Shown in pieces: positions 61,736 to 64,000 of a DNA stretch of 64,000 nucleotides. Origin of the DNA: Gracilinanus agilis (Eukaryota); contig NC_058132.1 of NCBI RefSeq assembly GCF_016433145.1, forward strand, positions 488,539,694-488,603,693, in the 5' to 3' direction. Each line of letters starts with the position of its first letter. The first letter of the stretch is position 1. Below the pieces are notes generated by a model. It had not been told where the DNA came from, made no database searches, and saw only the letters and a list, made by a program, of their open reading frames with translations. Position numbers and translations under genes: made by a program.

Positions 61736-61924
61736 NNNNNNNNNNNNNNNNNNNNNNNNNNNNNNNNNNNNNNNNNNNNNNNNNNNNNNNNNNNNNNNNN
61801 NNNNNNNNNNNNNNNNNNNNNNNNNNNNNNNNNNNNNNNNNNNNNNNNNNNNNNNNNNNNNNNNNNNNNNNNNNNNNNNNNNNNNNNNNNNNNNNNNNNN
61901 NNNNNNNNNNNNNNNNNNNNNNNN
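61736..61924. other. Assembly gap (189 N)
   Basis: Run of n characters. Confidence 1.
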
Positions 61925-62296
61925 TAGGCAAAAAGTTCTCCTGTCTCCAGGCCTGGCTCTATATTCAGTGTCCCAATCCATACTAGTCTTGCCTTTAATA
62001 ACATTTTTCTTTTAAACTTCCATTGTAGAATGCTAATATGCATGCACACAACTTTCTTTTTTAAAAAAAGATATTTTATTTTACCAATTATACATAATAT
62101 TGCACATAAGTTTTCTAAAGTTATAAGATCCATATTGCCTCCCTCCCTCCTTTTCCTCCTCCTTCTTGGAGATGGTAAGCAATTTCTACATAACTTTCTA
62201 TTTAAAATGTTTTTTGTATTTAAGGCAGAAGAATTTCAGACACTTTATAGAGCTGTTATTTCAATATCAAGTAGGAAATGGCATTATAGGATCTGT

Positions 62297-63095
62297 TGTG
62301 AGTAAGATTAGATTAGCTAGTGATTAGGAGGAATTAAGTACATAGCAGGAAGGAGCTGGAGCTGGGAATTCCAGGATGGAATGAGGGAGGAGGAAGTGTG
62401 TCTGTGCCCTGAGTGTGGACTCCATTAGTGGTGGACAAAAACTGTTGCCAGCCTGGGAGACCTCAGAGCAAAGGACACCCTGCTTCCTGATTTCCCCTGG
62501 GATCCTGAGTGGTGGCATCTAGCAAAAGGAGAGAAGATCAAGAGTCCTGTGCCAGGGAAGAGGTGAAGTTGGAGATCTGGTGGACAGTGCTTCAAGCAAA
62601 ACCCTCACAACCTGGTACCTGAGACCACTTTGGCTCCTGACATCCAGAGATCATCAGTGGATTGCAGTGAGAATCCCAAAGCCACAAAAGCCCTAGTTGT
62701 ACTCAAGCCTGGCAGGTTCTAGGTCTGAGGCAGTTACCCAGAGACTCCATTTACAGCTCCTTGGGCCCTGTTAGTTTAGATCACTTAGATAAGAGTAGAA
62801 TAAGTCCTCCCATTGCCCTGTGGTTTTATCCATTAGATTTTAAGTATAGAAATCCCTTTCCCACCTTTTAGTGAAACATAATTAAAGCTGTTAAGTCCCT
62901 TTTACCTTGTCAGCCTGTTTCTAGACTCTGGCTTAGGGGAAGCTGAGTGACAGTTAAGATCAACTGCCAATTCCTGTGGGCATCCAGAAAATTCTGGTCT
63001 TTCCATCCTGGTCCAGTTTCTCATAAATCCTAGAGTGTGTTCCCACAAACCACTTAGTTTATTTATAATATCCCTGGTGTCCCCATTACCTTACA
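62297..63095 (+). mobile_element. Probable LTR, about 800 bp
   Basis: Purine-rich U3-like 5' half, ATTAAA at about 62881, ending ...ccccattaccttaCA. Resembles marsupial LTR architecture. 5' boundary uncertain and no TSD identified. Confidence 0.5.
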
Positions 63096-64000
63096 CACAT
63101 TTCCCACAGATCACAGATTAAGGACCAGAAGGTACTTTAGAGGCCACCTTGTCCAATTCCCTCATTTTACGATTGAGGAAACTGAGGCCACAGTATTATT
63201 AAGTGGTTTGCTCAAGGTCATGTAGGGAATATCATCAGTGGGATTTGATGCCTGGTCCTCTGCATTTATCCTAGGGCTTTCTCCTTTATATCATTCACCA
63301 GAGATCTCAAGGTTGTAATGATGTACTAAAGTGCTAGAGACTTCTGTAGGTTAAAGCACGAGTAGTATTCTTTTATCCACTTGTCCAGCTACATAGCCAG
63401 CAGCCAGGCAGGGCTGTCCTGCCAGAGTGTCAGAGAGTATTCGCTGCATTGAAAGACAGGAGATGGGAAGAGGAAAGTATCACTTTACCTCCCCTATGAA
63501 AGGTCAGTTTTTATCAAGGAAACTAGTTTTGTTATTTTATTTAATTTTCCTAATGAACAAAAATCTATTTTCTCATGATCTAGAACCTATTTTTCCCCAT
63601 TAATTCTCAATTTCTCCTTGAGAAATGAGGTAAGAGGTTCTGTTCTTTGATTTCAAGATCATGGGAGAACCCCTTGCCTTTCTCTCTCATTTAGAAAGGA
63701 AGCACAGATCAGTGGAAAACATACTTGATTTGGGGATCAAATCAAGTTTGAATCCAAGTCTTGCTATTTATTACCTGGGTGACCTTGAACAATTCACTTA
63801 ATATCTGTGGGCCTCAGTTTCCTTATCCATCAAGCAAGGGAGTTGTCCTAGATGTACTCAGAAGTCTCTTTCAGCTTTAAATCTATGATGCTATGATAGG
63901 ATTCTCCTAGAAGTTTCATTTATTTTCAGCATTAAAAAAGTGCCATTGTTTGTTTATACATTCATCCAGATGCCGAAGGAGAACTTCCTATGTGCCTAAC

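Noticed and set aside
61714-62133. ORFs spanning X runs
   Set aside because: Artefacts of the N gap.

Overview
This is eukaryotic, AT-rich, CpG-poor, repeat-dense marsupial DNA. The young L1 3' UTR and the SINE1-type repeats point to the opossum Monodelphis domestica or a close didelphid. The window holds the conserved vertebrate block (TSGA10)-LIPT1-MITD1-MRPL30-LYG2, which I rebuilt by hand. LIPT1 (+) has one coding exon and encodes 372 aa. MITD1 (-) has 7 coding exons, encodes 249 aa and contains a GC-AG intron. MRPL30 (+) has 5 coding exons and encodes 161 aa. The goose-type lysozyme LYG2 (-) has 5 coding exons, encodes 212 aa and has a TATA promoter. Two CpG-rich bidirectional promoters lie at about 3.2-4.0 kb and 16.6-17.4 kb. 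The last ~26 kb shows no recognisable coding exons; it is mostly SINE, MIR, L1, L2, CR1 and LTR debris with a 189-N gap. The oddest feature is a CpG-rich LTR in the last LYG2 intron. It abuts an 85-nt, CCA-ended sequence resembling a whole tRNA-Arg rather than just an 18-nt primer-binding site. Repeat family names and most repeat boundaries come from recalled consensus sequences, not database searches. There are no CRISPR arrays, rRNA genes or convincing functional tRNA genes.
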